The position numbers and the translations under genes are program-made. A DNA stretch of 64,000 bases from a virus: positions 1-64,000 of IMG/VR virus record IMGVR_UViG_3300024518_006178. One strand, given 5' to 3'. The notes under the pieces are model-generated. The model made no database searches. It was not told the origin of the DNA and was given only the letters and a program-made list of their open reading frames with translations. Below are positions 26,607-34,726 of the stretch, piece after piece (position 1 is the first letter of the stretch; each line of letters opens with the position of its first letter).

Positions 26607-27223
26607 TAGTCGGCTCCTCTTCTGATGTTTTGTGTTGTGTATGCGGCTTGTCGAGCCTCGGCGATCCACTTAATGATCACCTGCATGGGGTGGTTAACTT
26701 TAGCTGAAAGCATCTGACCCCCTATAACATAGTGGATCATGGGGTGGGTGTTCTGTCCGAGTTCCACGCTGGCTATGGCGAAGGGGTCAACGACCAGGAG
26801 AGAGACTTCGTCGTCTTCCCCGTCTTCGTGCTCGTGGAACATTTCCTCGAAACACACCAGCCCAGCCATTTTGGCCTCTTTCGCCACGGCCTTGAAGGTC
26901 GCCCTTCGGTCCCCATTTGGCTTCGCTCTCGCCACCGTCTCCTCCGCCTTAGGTGCTTCGGCCTTGCCGTTGCTGGTCACGTGGTCGGCTACAGCAACCC
27001 TGAAATCCATCAGCTCGGTCCAGGTTGTTATGCCCGTGCCCTTCATGGCTAACACTTTATCCTTATTTAGTTTTCGGAGTTCGCCGATTGTTTGGATCCC
27101 GAGGACCTCAAGGACCCTATTGCTTCGCGTCCCAAGGCGAAACCGTTCCGGGGCCTCTGTAAGGAGTGTGTCTTTGGTGATTGGGCCCTTAGTCCTGGTA
27201 ATTGGTTCAGGCGTCTTCTTCAT
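26606..27223 (-). CDS. protein with RNA polymerase alpha-CTD-like domain
   Basis: LGTRSNRVLEVLGIQTIGEL......VLAMKGTG.TTWTEL. Confidence 0.65.
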   Translation of the reverse strand: MKKTPEPITRTKGPITKDTLLTEAPERFRLGTRSNRVLEVLGIQTIGELRKLNKDKVLAMKGTGITTWTELMDFRVAVADHVTSNGKAEAPKAEETVARAKPNGDRRATFKAVAKEAKMAGLVCFEEMFHEHEDGEDDEVSLLVVDPFAIASVELGQNTHPMIHYVIGGQMLSAKVNHPMQVIIKWIAEARQAAYTTQNIRRGAD

Positions 27224-27797
27224 CCTCCCCCTCCTCTGTTTCCTCGTTAATGAAGTCCAGGATGCCGCGCAAGATAGCGAGCGCCCGTGTCTTCAGGGCC
27301 TGGGCCTCAGCCACGAGCGCCTGGGATATTTCCACGTCCCCAAGTCCACTCTGGAACGTGATGGCCAGGATCTGGTTGGCCAGGATGTTGATCTGTTTGG
27401 CCGCCTTAAGCTGCTCGGCCATCTCCTCGTCGCTCAAATGCTCAAGGGCCAGGGCAATCTTTTGGATGATCTCCTCGAACCCCAAGCGTTCTTCGTGGGC
27501 GGCCTCATATCCACTGGTGATGCCGAGGCTCCCAAGAAGGCCCCCCTTTTTTTTTACGCTGGGCATAGTAAAGGGATTGGGGGCAGCTGGAACGACTGGC
27601 ACCGTGTGTACATATTCCCTTGGAGTCCCCAGTGCCCCGCCCGAGCTTAGCGGTCCGCCTATAATGTCTCCTAGACCAGAGGAAGTCCCGGCAGTGTTTA
27701 TGACCCCAAGCATAGCCTGCACATCCTCGGCTGCATTGTTCGACGTGTATTGCATGGCTTCGTAAAGGGGCCCAAACTTTTTTTTGGTATCCGGCAT
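27207..27797 (-). CDS. hypothetical protein
   Basis: AGGAG RBS; helical C-terminus. Confidence 0.5.
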   Translation of the reverse strand: MPDTKKKFGPLYEAMQYTSNNAAEDVQAMLGVINTAGTSSGLGDIIGGPLSSGGALGTPREYVHTVPVVPAAPNPFTMPSVKKKGGLLGSLGITSGYEAAHEERLGFEEIIQKIALALEHLSDEEMAEQLKAAKQINILANQILAITFQSGLGDVEISQALVAEAQALKTRALAILRGILDFINEETEEGEDEEDA

Positions 27798-27808
27798 AGT
27801 TCTCTCCT

Positions 27809-27850
27809 AAAAAAATAGGGGAGGGGTTTGCCACCCCCCTCCCCTCTTTT
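27809..27850 (-). terminator. intrinsic terminator
   Basis: AGGGGAGGGG/CCCCTCCCCT stem with flanking A- and T-runs. Confidence 0.65.
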
Positions 27851-27860
27851 GAGTGTTATC

Positions 27861-28238
27861 CTAGCTTTTGGCCTCGACCTCGGCCTCGGCCTCGACTTCG
27901 TCCTCCTCGCCTTCCTTCTCCACGCCGTCCGCGATACGGCGCTCTTCGAGGATGTGCAGCGCCAGGTCGATGCGCAGCATGTTCTTGGACTTGAGCACGA
28001 GGGCGGCTCGATTGAGATCATCCTCATAGTGCGGTTGCGTCAGGTGGCGCGCACAGATGCGTTCGAGATCGTCCGCCTGCTCGCGCCACGTCGTGAGCAG
28101 CTCGTTCAGCTCCTCGGTCTTCAGCGCGCCCAGGGCCTCGTAGCCCTTTTGAAGGATCTCCGTCTTGATTTCGGGCTTGTTTGAAATGTCGATGACTCCA
28201 ACCCATTTGTCACCGAGCTCAAGGTCTGGTACCGGCAT
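27861..28238 (-). CDS. hypothetical protein
   Basis: GGAG RBS; acidic tail. Confidence 0.55.
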   Translation of the reverse strand: MPVPDLELGDKWVGVIDISNKPEIKTEILQKGYEALGALKTEELNELLTTWREQADDLERICARHLTQPHYEDDLNRAALVLKSKNMLRIDLALHILEERRIADGVEKEGEEDEVEAEAEVEAKS

Positions 28239-28250
28239 AATCTTCTCCCG

Positions 28251-28763
28251 TTAAAAAGGAACTTCGTCGTCTCCAATGTCGAACGGTTCGTCATTTCGTG
28301 TGTCATGTCGAGCTGGTGCTCGTTCTTCTCGCTGTGGCCTGCGATCTTCCCGTTCCTGTTCGTGCCCTTGGCTCTGGCGCTGCGGCCTTCTTTCTCGGTT
28401 TTGCCCTCCCCCTCCGCTGTCATCGCCCTTTTTCCCGGTAAACGACCAGCGGTCGCAAATTACCTTTATCTTGCTACGGTTGCCGCCAGTGGTCTTGTCT
28501 TTCCATTCGTCCATGCCCAGGCGTCCTTCGATGAAGACATTGTCGCCCTTGAAGTGGTACTTGACGAAATTCTCGGCGGTCCTTTCCCACATCTCCACGT
28601 CGATCCAGGCGACCTTCTCTTCGTAGGAGCCGTCAGCCAACTTCTTTTTCGATTGGATCACGGCCATGCGAACATTGGCGACGGCTGCGCCGTTGCCCGT
28701 GTACTTGACCTCGGGATCGCGCCCGAGGTTTCCAGCAATGAGTACCTTGTTGAACTCCATCAT
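28251..28763 (-). CDS. ssb: single-stranded DNA-binding protein
   Basis: NKVLIAGNLGRDPE, KGDNVFIEGRL, C-terminal DDEVPF. Confidence 0.95.
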   Translation of the reverse strand: MMEFNKVLIAGNLGRDPEVKYTGNGAAVANVRMAVIQSKKKLADGSYEEKVAWIDVEMWERTAENFVKYHFKGDNVFIEGRLGMDEWKDKTTGGNRSKIKVICDRWSFTGKKGDDSGGGGQNRERRPQRQSQGHEQEREDRRPQREERAPARHDTRNDEPFDIGDDEVPF

Positions 28764-28786
28764 TTTCTCCTTATACCCTAACCGGG

Positions 28787-29248
28787 CTAATCTTTGCCTG
28801 GCGTTAGTCCAGGCGGTTTTTGCCGGAGATACATCTCCAGCACTTTCTCTCCGATGATGCTCTTGAGCTTATTGTTGTCCGCCTGCAAGACGCCTATGCT
28901 CTTTTGGGCGGCGGCCTTATCCATGTCCGCACGCTCGCGAATCTTGGACATTTCTATTTTTACTATGCCCAGCTCGCTCCTGGCTTCCCTGTAAAGGCTT
29001 TCGAGCTCTGTGGCCCTATTGTTTCTGCTGAAGTGTATCCAGCTGGTTATGGCCGCCCCGACGGATAAGACCACAAGAACGACGCCCATAATCCAGCGAT
29101 TGGCGGATATTTTGAAGTTTTCCATGTCGTGATTGTGGCTCATCTTCTTGATGGCAAGCTCATGGTCACGCTTGTCAGACTCCGCCCAATCTTTCATAAC
29201 ATCGTCATTTTCAGTACTGGGTTTCGTCTTTGTGTTTTTCTTCGCCAC
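28787..29248 (-). CDS. single-pass membrane protein with coiled coil
   Basis: Hydrophobic WIMGVVLVVLSVGAAITSW segment; GTG start after GGAGG. Confidence 0.55.
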   Translation of the reverse strand: MAKKNTKTKPSTENDDVMKDWAESDKRDHELAIKKMSHNHDMENFKISANRWIMGVVLVVLSVGAAITSWIHFSRNNRATELESLYREARSELGIVKIEMSKIRERADMDKAAAQKSIGVLQADNNKLKSIIGEKVLEMYLRQKPPGLTPGKD

Positions 29249-29348
29249 GTCCCCTCCTTCCTGTGAAAATAAGTGCTGTCGGATCAAAAGTGGCATCCTG
29301 GTATAGCAGCCAGGCTTATGTGGCCCCTCCCCGACAGCACTTTGCCGG

Positions 29349-31454
29349 TTACAACTCAACGGGCGTGCCCATGTCGTGAACACGCCACCCTTTATACATA
29401 CCTTGAGTGGCTGCCATATCAGTGACTCGCTCGTTACATGAGGCGAGCATGACATTGTCCAGCCCACCCGCCACGTCGTCCAGTGCTTTAACGAGGAACC
29501 CGAAGCTGTTCGCGTCGAGCTCCGCCGCCTCGATACAAAGCGCCTTGACAGGCGGATCTGCGAGCTGGATCAGCGCGACCACGAGGGCTGCGCCAAACAG
29601 GATCTTCTCGCCTCCGGACAGTGTGAGATACGGTATCTTGATCGAGTTCTCGACCTTGAAGATCTCAAAGACCTCCTTGCCGTTTCTGTCGAACAGGTTG
29701 AACTCGATCTTGTACCCGTGACTCTTCAGGAGCTCGTTGACCTTCTTCCTGATTGGGCCAACCACGTCCTTCATGATCTTGGACTGCAAGCCCTTCGGCC
29801 CCAGCGCCTTGGCCAGACCGACGGTGCTTTCCATCGTCTCCTCGGCCTCGGCGATCTTGGCCACACACTCCTGGAATTGATGTTCAAGATGCTGCGCCCT
29901 CCTGGCCTTCCTTAGGCGCTCTTCCAGGGCGTCAATCTGGGTGGTCATGGTCCTAAGAAGCACATCTGCGGCCCCGAGGCCGACAGGTGCCGCTGTTCCG
30001 TCGAGGATGGTCTGGTTCTCCCCCTTGGCCTTGCGCAGATTGACAAGAGCATTCGCATGCTCCTCATTTCGCCGCTGCGCATCCTTGGCCTCGAATCGCA
30101 GCTTGTTGAGGTCGGCCTCCTTGAGCTGCAACGCCCTGGTCTTTTGGGCCCGGCTGTCGCTGAGGCTGTCTCGCATCTCATATGCAGCCCTCCACGCATC
30201 ATGGGTGCTCCGGCGTGCCTCGGCGTGATGCCCGTCCAGGGTGCTTTGGAGGTCCTGCGCCTGCTTTCGAAAGCTATCCTGTGTGTCGCCAAGTTTGTCG
30301 AGCATGCCATTAAGGAGGTCCTGTTCAACCGCATCGGGCCCCATAATCTCATGGAGCAGAGGCAGAACAACTTCGTTAATTGTATGAATCTTTGTGTCGC
30401 ATTCCAATATTGCTTTGGCGCAGGCGTCGCTGGAGTCGTCAGCCTTGTTCCACAGCTCTTCTTTTTCTTTGGCATCAGAAGTCGCCGTTAGTACCGCAGC
30501 TTTGAGCTCCTCGACCTCCTGCCTTATGGCTTCCTCGTGACGCTTCGCCTGCTCAACTGCGGTCTTGGCGGCTTCAATGTCGGGCAGCTTGTCGGCCACC
30601 TCCTCCACAGCAATTAGCTCGCCCTCCAGGGCGCTCCTTTTGGCGATCAAGGATTGACGGGTCGTGCCCATTACCTGAGCCCCCGCCATCTCTTTCTCGA
30701 TCTCAGTTTTCTGTCCACGAAGCTCCTTCAGTTGACCATCAAGAACTTGGGGGTCTTCGTGCTCCTCCATCTGTGCCGTCTGCTTTTCTTCAAGTAGGCT
30801 GTCATGCGACTTAGCTAGGGATCTAACCACTGCCTTGAGGTCAAGCGCCTCCCTCGTGAATATGTCCACCATGCTGGCGAGGTTGTCAACAACGTTGACG
30901 TTGTCGCGCCAGCGCTCTTGAACCCACCCGTGATGGGCTTCGGCGATACCCTCGAAGGCTTTGGCCTTGTCCCACCCCAGTTTCTCGGGTGACGACAGTC
31001 CAAAGACGAAGTCCCGCTTCCTGGTGTCGGACATGCCCAGGAACTCGTCGAGATCGAACATGATGCTGAAGCTGCCCACCTCGTCGACGATGGCCTTCTT
31101 GCGCTCCTCGTCGTTTTGTGCTCCGTGAGCCCTCGAAGAGTGGTGTTCCGTTCTTGTCTTATGGGTGACGGACCCGTCCTTGTGTTTGGTCTTCGCCCTT
31201 TTATATATGCGGCTGAACGTAGATCCGCCCTCAAGGCTGCCCAGCACGAGTAGGTGGTCCCCCGTGGAGACCTGTAGAATTGAGTCCGCCGTCTTGCCCA
31301 CCTTGGGCAGGTAACCGCTCAAGAGGAGCGTTAGCGCCTCAAGATATGTCGATTTTCCAGAGCCGTTCGGGCCGACAAAGATCTCCCGGCCCGACAGCTT
31401 TGTGTCAAACGATGCGCCCTTAAAGTTCTGGACGCTTAGTTCCTCAACCTTCAT
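29349..31454 (-). CDS. SbcC/Rad50-like SMC ATPase
   Basis: Walker A GPNGSGKS, long coiled coil, LSGGE signature, atypical Walker B (CIEAAELD). Confidence 0.8.
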   Translation of the reverse strand: MKVEELSVQNFKGASFDTKLSGREIFVGPNGSGKSTYLEALTLLLSGYLPKVGKTADSILQVSTGDHLLVLGSLEGGSTFSRIYKRAKTKHKDGSVTHKTRTEHHSSRAHGAQNDEERKKAIVDEVGSFSIMFDLDEFLGMSDTRKRDFVFGLSSPEKLGWDKAKAFEGIAEAHHGWVQERWRDNVNVVDNLASMVDIFTREALDLKAVVRSLAKSHDSLLEEKQTAQMEEHEDPQVLDGQLKELRGQKTEIEKEMAGAQVMGTTRQSLIAKRSALEGELIAVEEVADKLPDIEAAKTAVEQAKRHEEAIRQEVEELKAAVLTATSDAKEKEELWNKADDSSDACAKAILECDTKIHTINEVVLPLLHEIMGPDAVEQDLLNGMLDKLGDTQDSFRKQAQDLQSTLDGHHAEARRSTHDAWRAAYEMRDSLSDSRAQKTRALQLKEADLNKLRFEAKDAQRRNEEHANALVNLRKAKGENQTILDGTAAPVGLGAADVLLRTMTTQIDALEERLRKARRAQHLEHQFQECVAKIAEAEETMESTVGLAKALGPKGLQSKIMKDVVGPIRKKVNELLKSHGYKIEFNLFDRNGKEVFEIFKVENSIKIPYLTLSGGEKILFGAALVVALIQLADPPVKALCIEAAELDANSFGFLVKALDDVAGGLDNVMLASCNERVTDMAATQGMYKGWRVHDMGTPVEL

Positions 31455-32575
31455 TGCTTCTCCTTCTGTTGTCTGGCTTCCGCCTTGAACGCCCCGACTA
31501 GGGCATCAACATTGTGATCTGGGGCCTTGCTAAGGTCGTCGCACTCTGACAGGTCAGGTGCAAGCGCATGTACCCGCTCACGGAACTTATCTCCTAAACT
31601 GTCCCGAACTTTCTTCAGATATAGGAGGTTTTCCTCGCGATTCCCGAGGACATTGTCCTGCTCGAATAGTGTCTGCTGCTCCTCCACGCTTTTCTTGTTC
31701 TGGTCCATGTCGTCCGAGGAGAGGTCGCCTTCGACAGCGGAGTTCTCTTCGTTACCAAACTCCACCTCTGTTTCAACCTGAAGGACCTCTACCTCTGCTG
31801 GCGGGCTGTCTCCGGAGACCGCCTGTGCCGCCATTTTCTTGAGCCCGTCAACAGTTTGGTCGTGCTGCCATCCGATGACGGGCACGTACGCATAGCCTCC
31901 CTGTTCGGGCTGAACAACAGACTGGGCAATGGACGGGTGTCGCTTCATTGCATTTCTGCGACAGATGGTGCTGGCAATTCGTTCGGCAAACTTCTGTCGA
32001 GTGATGTGACCCGTGAGGACGGATGTGATTTCCGGATGGGTAACGTCCACGGACAGGCCCGTGTTCAGCATCATGGGCACCCACATGTTGCCGTCCGCAT
32101 GTTTGTCATGCATCGCCTTAGTGGTGAACCGCCCGCAGTCCGGGAATTTCTTCACCTTGTTCCAAGCGTCGGAGGCGAAGTATTGCACCAGATCAAAACG
32201 CAGCCGCTCCTGGGTGATGCACCAGTTGCCGATTGGCGACAGCCCAATGGCTAGGCACTCAACGGTGACAACCTTAATGGCCCCATCTTTGCTGTATTCG
32301 ATGTACGGATTCTCGACCATCGTGGTCTCCGGGAAGCCCCGGCGCTCAACCGTGATGCTGATCTGTGGCGGTTTGATGACCGTAAGTCCGGCCACGCGAT
32401 TCAACTTGTCCAGGCCACTGGCGGTGATCATGACCGAGCCACCCGGCACTGCGCACAGCTCTTTCTCTCTGACGCCCAATTCGATCTCTGATTTCACCGC
32501 ACACATTTGTCCGTCGTCAGTCCTCTTCACGAAGACCTGACCGTCGCCAAGAGTGGCGATTTCTCTGCTGCCCAT
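31451..32575 (-). CDS. hypothetical protein, possibly ssDNA-annealing/recombination
   Basis: Context next to SbcC and SSB; acidic linker; start reassigned after AAGGAG. Confidence 0.45.
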   Translation of the reverse strand: MGSREIATLGDGQVFVKRTDDGQMCAVKSEIELGVREKELCAVPGGSVMITASGLDKLNRVAGLTVIKPPQISITVERRGFPETTMVENPYIEYSKDGAIKVVTVECLAIGLSPIGNWCITQERLRFDLVQYFASDAWNKVKKFPDCGRFTTKAMHDKHADGNMWVPMMLNTGLSVDVTHPEITSVLTGHITRQKFAERIASTICRRNAMKRHPSIAQSVVQPEQGGYAYVPVIGWQHDQTVDGLKKMAAQAVSGDSPPAEVEVLQVETEVEFGNEENSAVEGDLSSDDMDQNKKSVEEQQTLFEQDNVLGNREENLLYLKKVRDSLGDKFRERVHALAPDLSECDDLSKAPDHNVDALVGAFKAEARQQKEKQ

Positions 32576-32609
32576 ATGGGTTCTCCTTTTCTCTAAGTTT
32601 CCTCTATTT

Positions 32610-32637
32610 ATTGTACAAGAGTGAAACAATGTGTCAA
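32610..32637 (-). promoter_or_regulatory. sigma70-type promoter TTGACA-N16-TACAAT
   Basis: Near-consensus boxes upstream of the ATG at 32575. Confidence 0.7.
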
Positions 32638-33314
32638 CCAGCCATCTCTCTTATTCTTTCACGGGATATATCGACACATTTGGCCAGGTACTTCTTTTGT
32701 TTGAGGTGGTACATGATGAGGTTCAGGCAGCCATGCCTCCTGGATAGCACGGCGGCTGCGATTGCGTTGATGGACTTCTCTCCAGCCAGAAGGAGGTAGT
32801 CTTGGGGTTGCGAGTCCTTCAGTGGGCCCATGACCATCTTTGCTATCTTGCGCGTGTCGGACGACTGTATGCCAAGCTGGGATGGGACCAGGGTGACAAC
32901 CTCGCCAAACGAGCTCGCCGAGCTTACGTCGTGGGAATCAGTGGAGGCAAACACCTTGGGGTCCTGATTCGTCTTGGGCTTCCGGCACCTCGACACAGGG
33001 AAATAGAGCGTCCTGGGGATGAAGTCGGCGGCGTCATGGTTATAGATCAGGAATCTGACCCTTTGGCTTATGGTGGCCGCCATGGCCGCAGCAACCGCTG
33101 AATAGACGGCAGGTCCGTCCAGCAGAAACATATCATCTGGATGGAACGAGTTAATATTCCGGGCCAATTTATTGAATATCCTGCCTGGGGCTAAACTGAG
33201 CCTGTTGGCGGAAGGCTTGGCGTCCACCAAGTCGTAAAGCTTGATCACCTCGCCGAATCTGGCAGCCTTCTCAAGGTTAGCTGCGTGGTGGCATGTAATG
33301 AACACTCTTGGCAT
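32634..33314 (-). CDS. protein made of two tandem alpha/beta repeats
   Basis: P[RK]VF...FGEV..L...D..LL.G....A.AAA......[FL][LI].Y present twice; AGGAGG RBS. Confidence 0.6.
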   Translation of the reverse strand: MPRVFITCHHAANLEKAARFGEVIKLYDLVDAKPSANRLSLAPGRIFNKLARNINSFHPDDMFLLDGPAVYSAVAAAMAATISQRVRFLIYNHDAADFIPRTLYFPVSRCRKPKTNQDPKVFASTDSHDVSSASSFGEVVTLVPSQLGIQSSDTRKIAKMVMGPLKDSQPQDYLLLAGEKSINAIAAAVLSRRHGCLNLIMYHLKQKKYLAKCVDISRERIREMAG

Positions 33315-33377
33315 AAATTGGCCTCCTTTTGGGTTTCGGCTAAGCTTATACCATAAATAAGAGAGGGTCTGTTTGTA

Positions 33378-33415
33378 TTGACATGGAGTAGAATGTAGAT
33401 ACAATTGTACTACAT
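33378..33415 (+). promoter_or_regulatory. sigma70-type promoter TTGACA-N16-TACAAT with an overlapping inverted repeat
   Basis: -35 at 33378-33383, -10 at 33400-33405; ATGTAG-ATACAATTGTA-CTACAT inverted repeat at 33393-33415. Confidence 0.7.
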
Positions 33416-33426
33416 GGAGGGCAGTC

Positions 33427-33774
33427 ATGGATATAAGGCCTGACGACGCAGGGTTTCAGTTCTTGAGCGAGCGCAAGGAGCATTCGATCAATCTGCGGGT
33501 GGGTGAGAACCTGCTCAGCTGGATCGATGATCACGCCAAGGATACCGACACGAACAGGTCCGCTGTAATCATTAGGGCCCTGGTCGAGTATGCGTCCAGG
33601 GTGGACGGCATGCGTGTTGCGACCCTGAATAAGAGCATGCAGGAGCTGATCGAGAATATGGCAAATAACCTAGAGCTTGTTCCCGGCAAAGACGGTAAGT
33701 TCCGTCTTGAAATGGTCGATGCGGAAGTGGTCCGCCTCGATGGCGAAGAGGTCAGCGTAAAGAAAGGAGCGTAG
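33427..33774 (+). CDS. ribbon-helix-helix (CopG/Arc-like) regulator
   Basis: SINLRV...LLSWIDDHAK....NRSAVI.RAL..Y. Confidence 0.7.
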   Translation: MDIRPDDAGFQFLSERKEHSINLRVGENLLSWIDDHAKDTDTNRSAVIIRALVEYASRVDGMRVATLNKSMQELIENMANNLELVPGKDGKFRLEMVDAEVVRLDGEEVSVKKGA

Positions 33775-33779
33775 ATCAA

Positions 33780-34382
33780 ATGAACAGAGGACAAGGAGCT
33801 ACAGAGGAAGCGGGGATGGTCAGGTTAGATCCTGAAAGGCCAGCGCCCAGCCAGCAGCAGCCGGAGCCGCCACCGGAGCCGCCCCCGGTAGACGAGGATT
33901 CTACTCTGGATGAAGTTGCCAAGAAACTCACCGGAGAGGACGCGAGGGCCGAACAGCAGAAGATTGAGGATCAGGAGTTCCTGGAGGACTACAAGGACCT
34001 CGACCTCATGCGCCTCGTCACAGAGGGTTTCGTGACACATGAGGCGGAGATCTTCAAGGATTTCCGAGTCGAGCTTCGTACGCTTACCGAGGATGAGGAC
34101 CAGGAGGTTCTGAAGTATATGCAGGACCTTACCGGGTCGAACTGGTACGTGAGCGACATGTCCGCCCGATACACGCTGTCGATTGCCATGATAAAGGTTA
34201 ATTCCGTTGAATTTGGCAAGGACAGGGGCGAGCGGCACGAAAAAATTGGGAAGTGGGGCAAGCCTATCAAGCTCGCCATCCTGAAAGAGTTCCGGCAGCT
34301 GTGCAAAGCTGTCGCCCTGAAAATGGAGGGCCACTCGGGAAACTGGTTAGAACGTCTGCTGATTGGGCAAGACTGGATCTAA
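33780..34382 (+). CDS. tail assembly chaperone (G-like)
   Basis: Two overlapping ORFs directly upstream of the tape measure; slippery site near the 3' end. Confidence 0.7.
   Translation: MNRGQGATEEAGMVRLDPERPAPSQQQPEPPPEPPPVDEDSTLDEVAKKLTGEDARAEQQKIEDQEFLEDYKDLDLMRLVTEGFVTHEAEIFKDFRVELRTLTEDEDQEVLKYMQDLTGSNWYVSDMSARYTLSIAMIKVNSVEFGKDRGERHEKIGKWGKPIKLAILKEFRQLCKAVALKMEGHSGNWLERLLIGQDWI
34337..34343 (+). other. -1 programmed ribosomal frameshift site G GGA AAC
   Basis: X XXY YYZ heptamer in frame with 33780..34382; the -1 frame is open to 34726. Confidence 0.8.
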
Positions 34383-34726
34383 AATTAGCAGGCGTTGAGC
34401 TGCCGCATGGCTCCGTGAAGGAAAGCGTCTTGGTTCAAGCCCGACTGAGACGCGAGCGGATAGAGGCGATGAAGGTGTTGGCCATCTGCACCTCCTCAGT
34501 AAATCCAGAGAAAGCGGGGGAGTTGGTCAAGGAATTGGTTAAAATGATGTTCCCGGAAGAGAGAGACTACGAGCGAGAAGAGATGGAGCGCAAGAAGAGG
34601 ATAATGCTGGCGTACAGCGACAAGGCGTTCCTGCTCACTGGAGACGGCAGAGGCGCGTGGCAGGCGTCCCTCGTTGATGGGGAAGGTAACGAGGTCGGGG
34701 ATCCGTTTCTTGACGGGAGTATCTAA
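34337..34726 (+). CDS. tail assembly chaperone GT-like extension (-1 frame)
   Basis: Open -1 frame GKLVRTSADWARLDL... ending at the tape-measure start. Confidence 0.7.
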   Translation, partial: GKLVRTSADWARLDLKLAGVELPHGSVKESVLVQARLRRERIEAMKVLAICTSSVNPEKAGELVKELVKMMFPEERDYEREEMERKKRIMLAYSDKAFLLTGDGRGAWQASLVDGEGNEVGDPFLDGSI

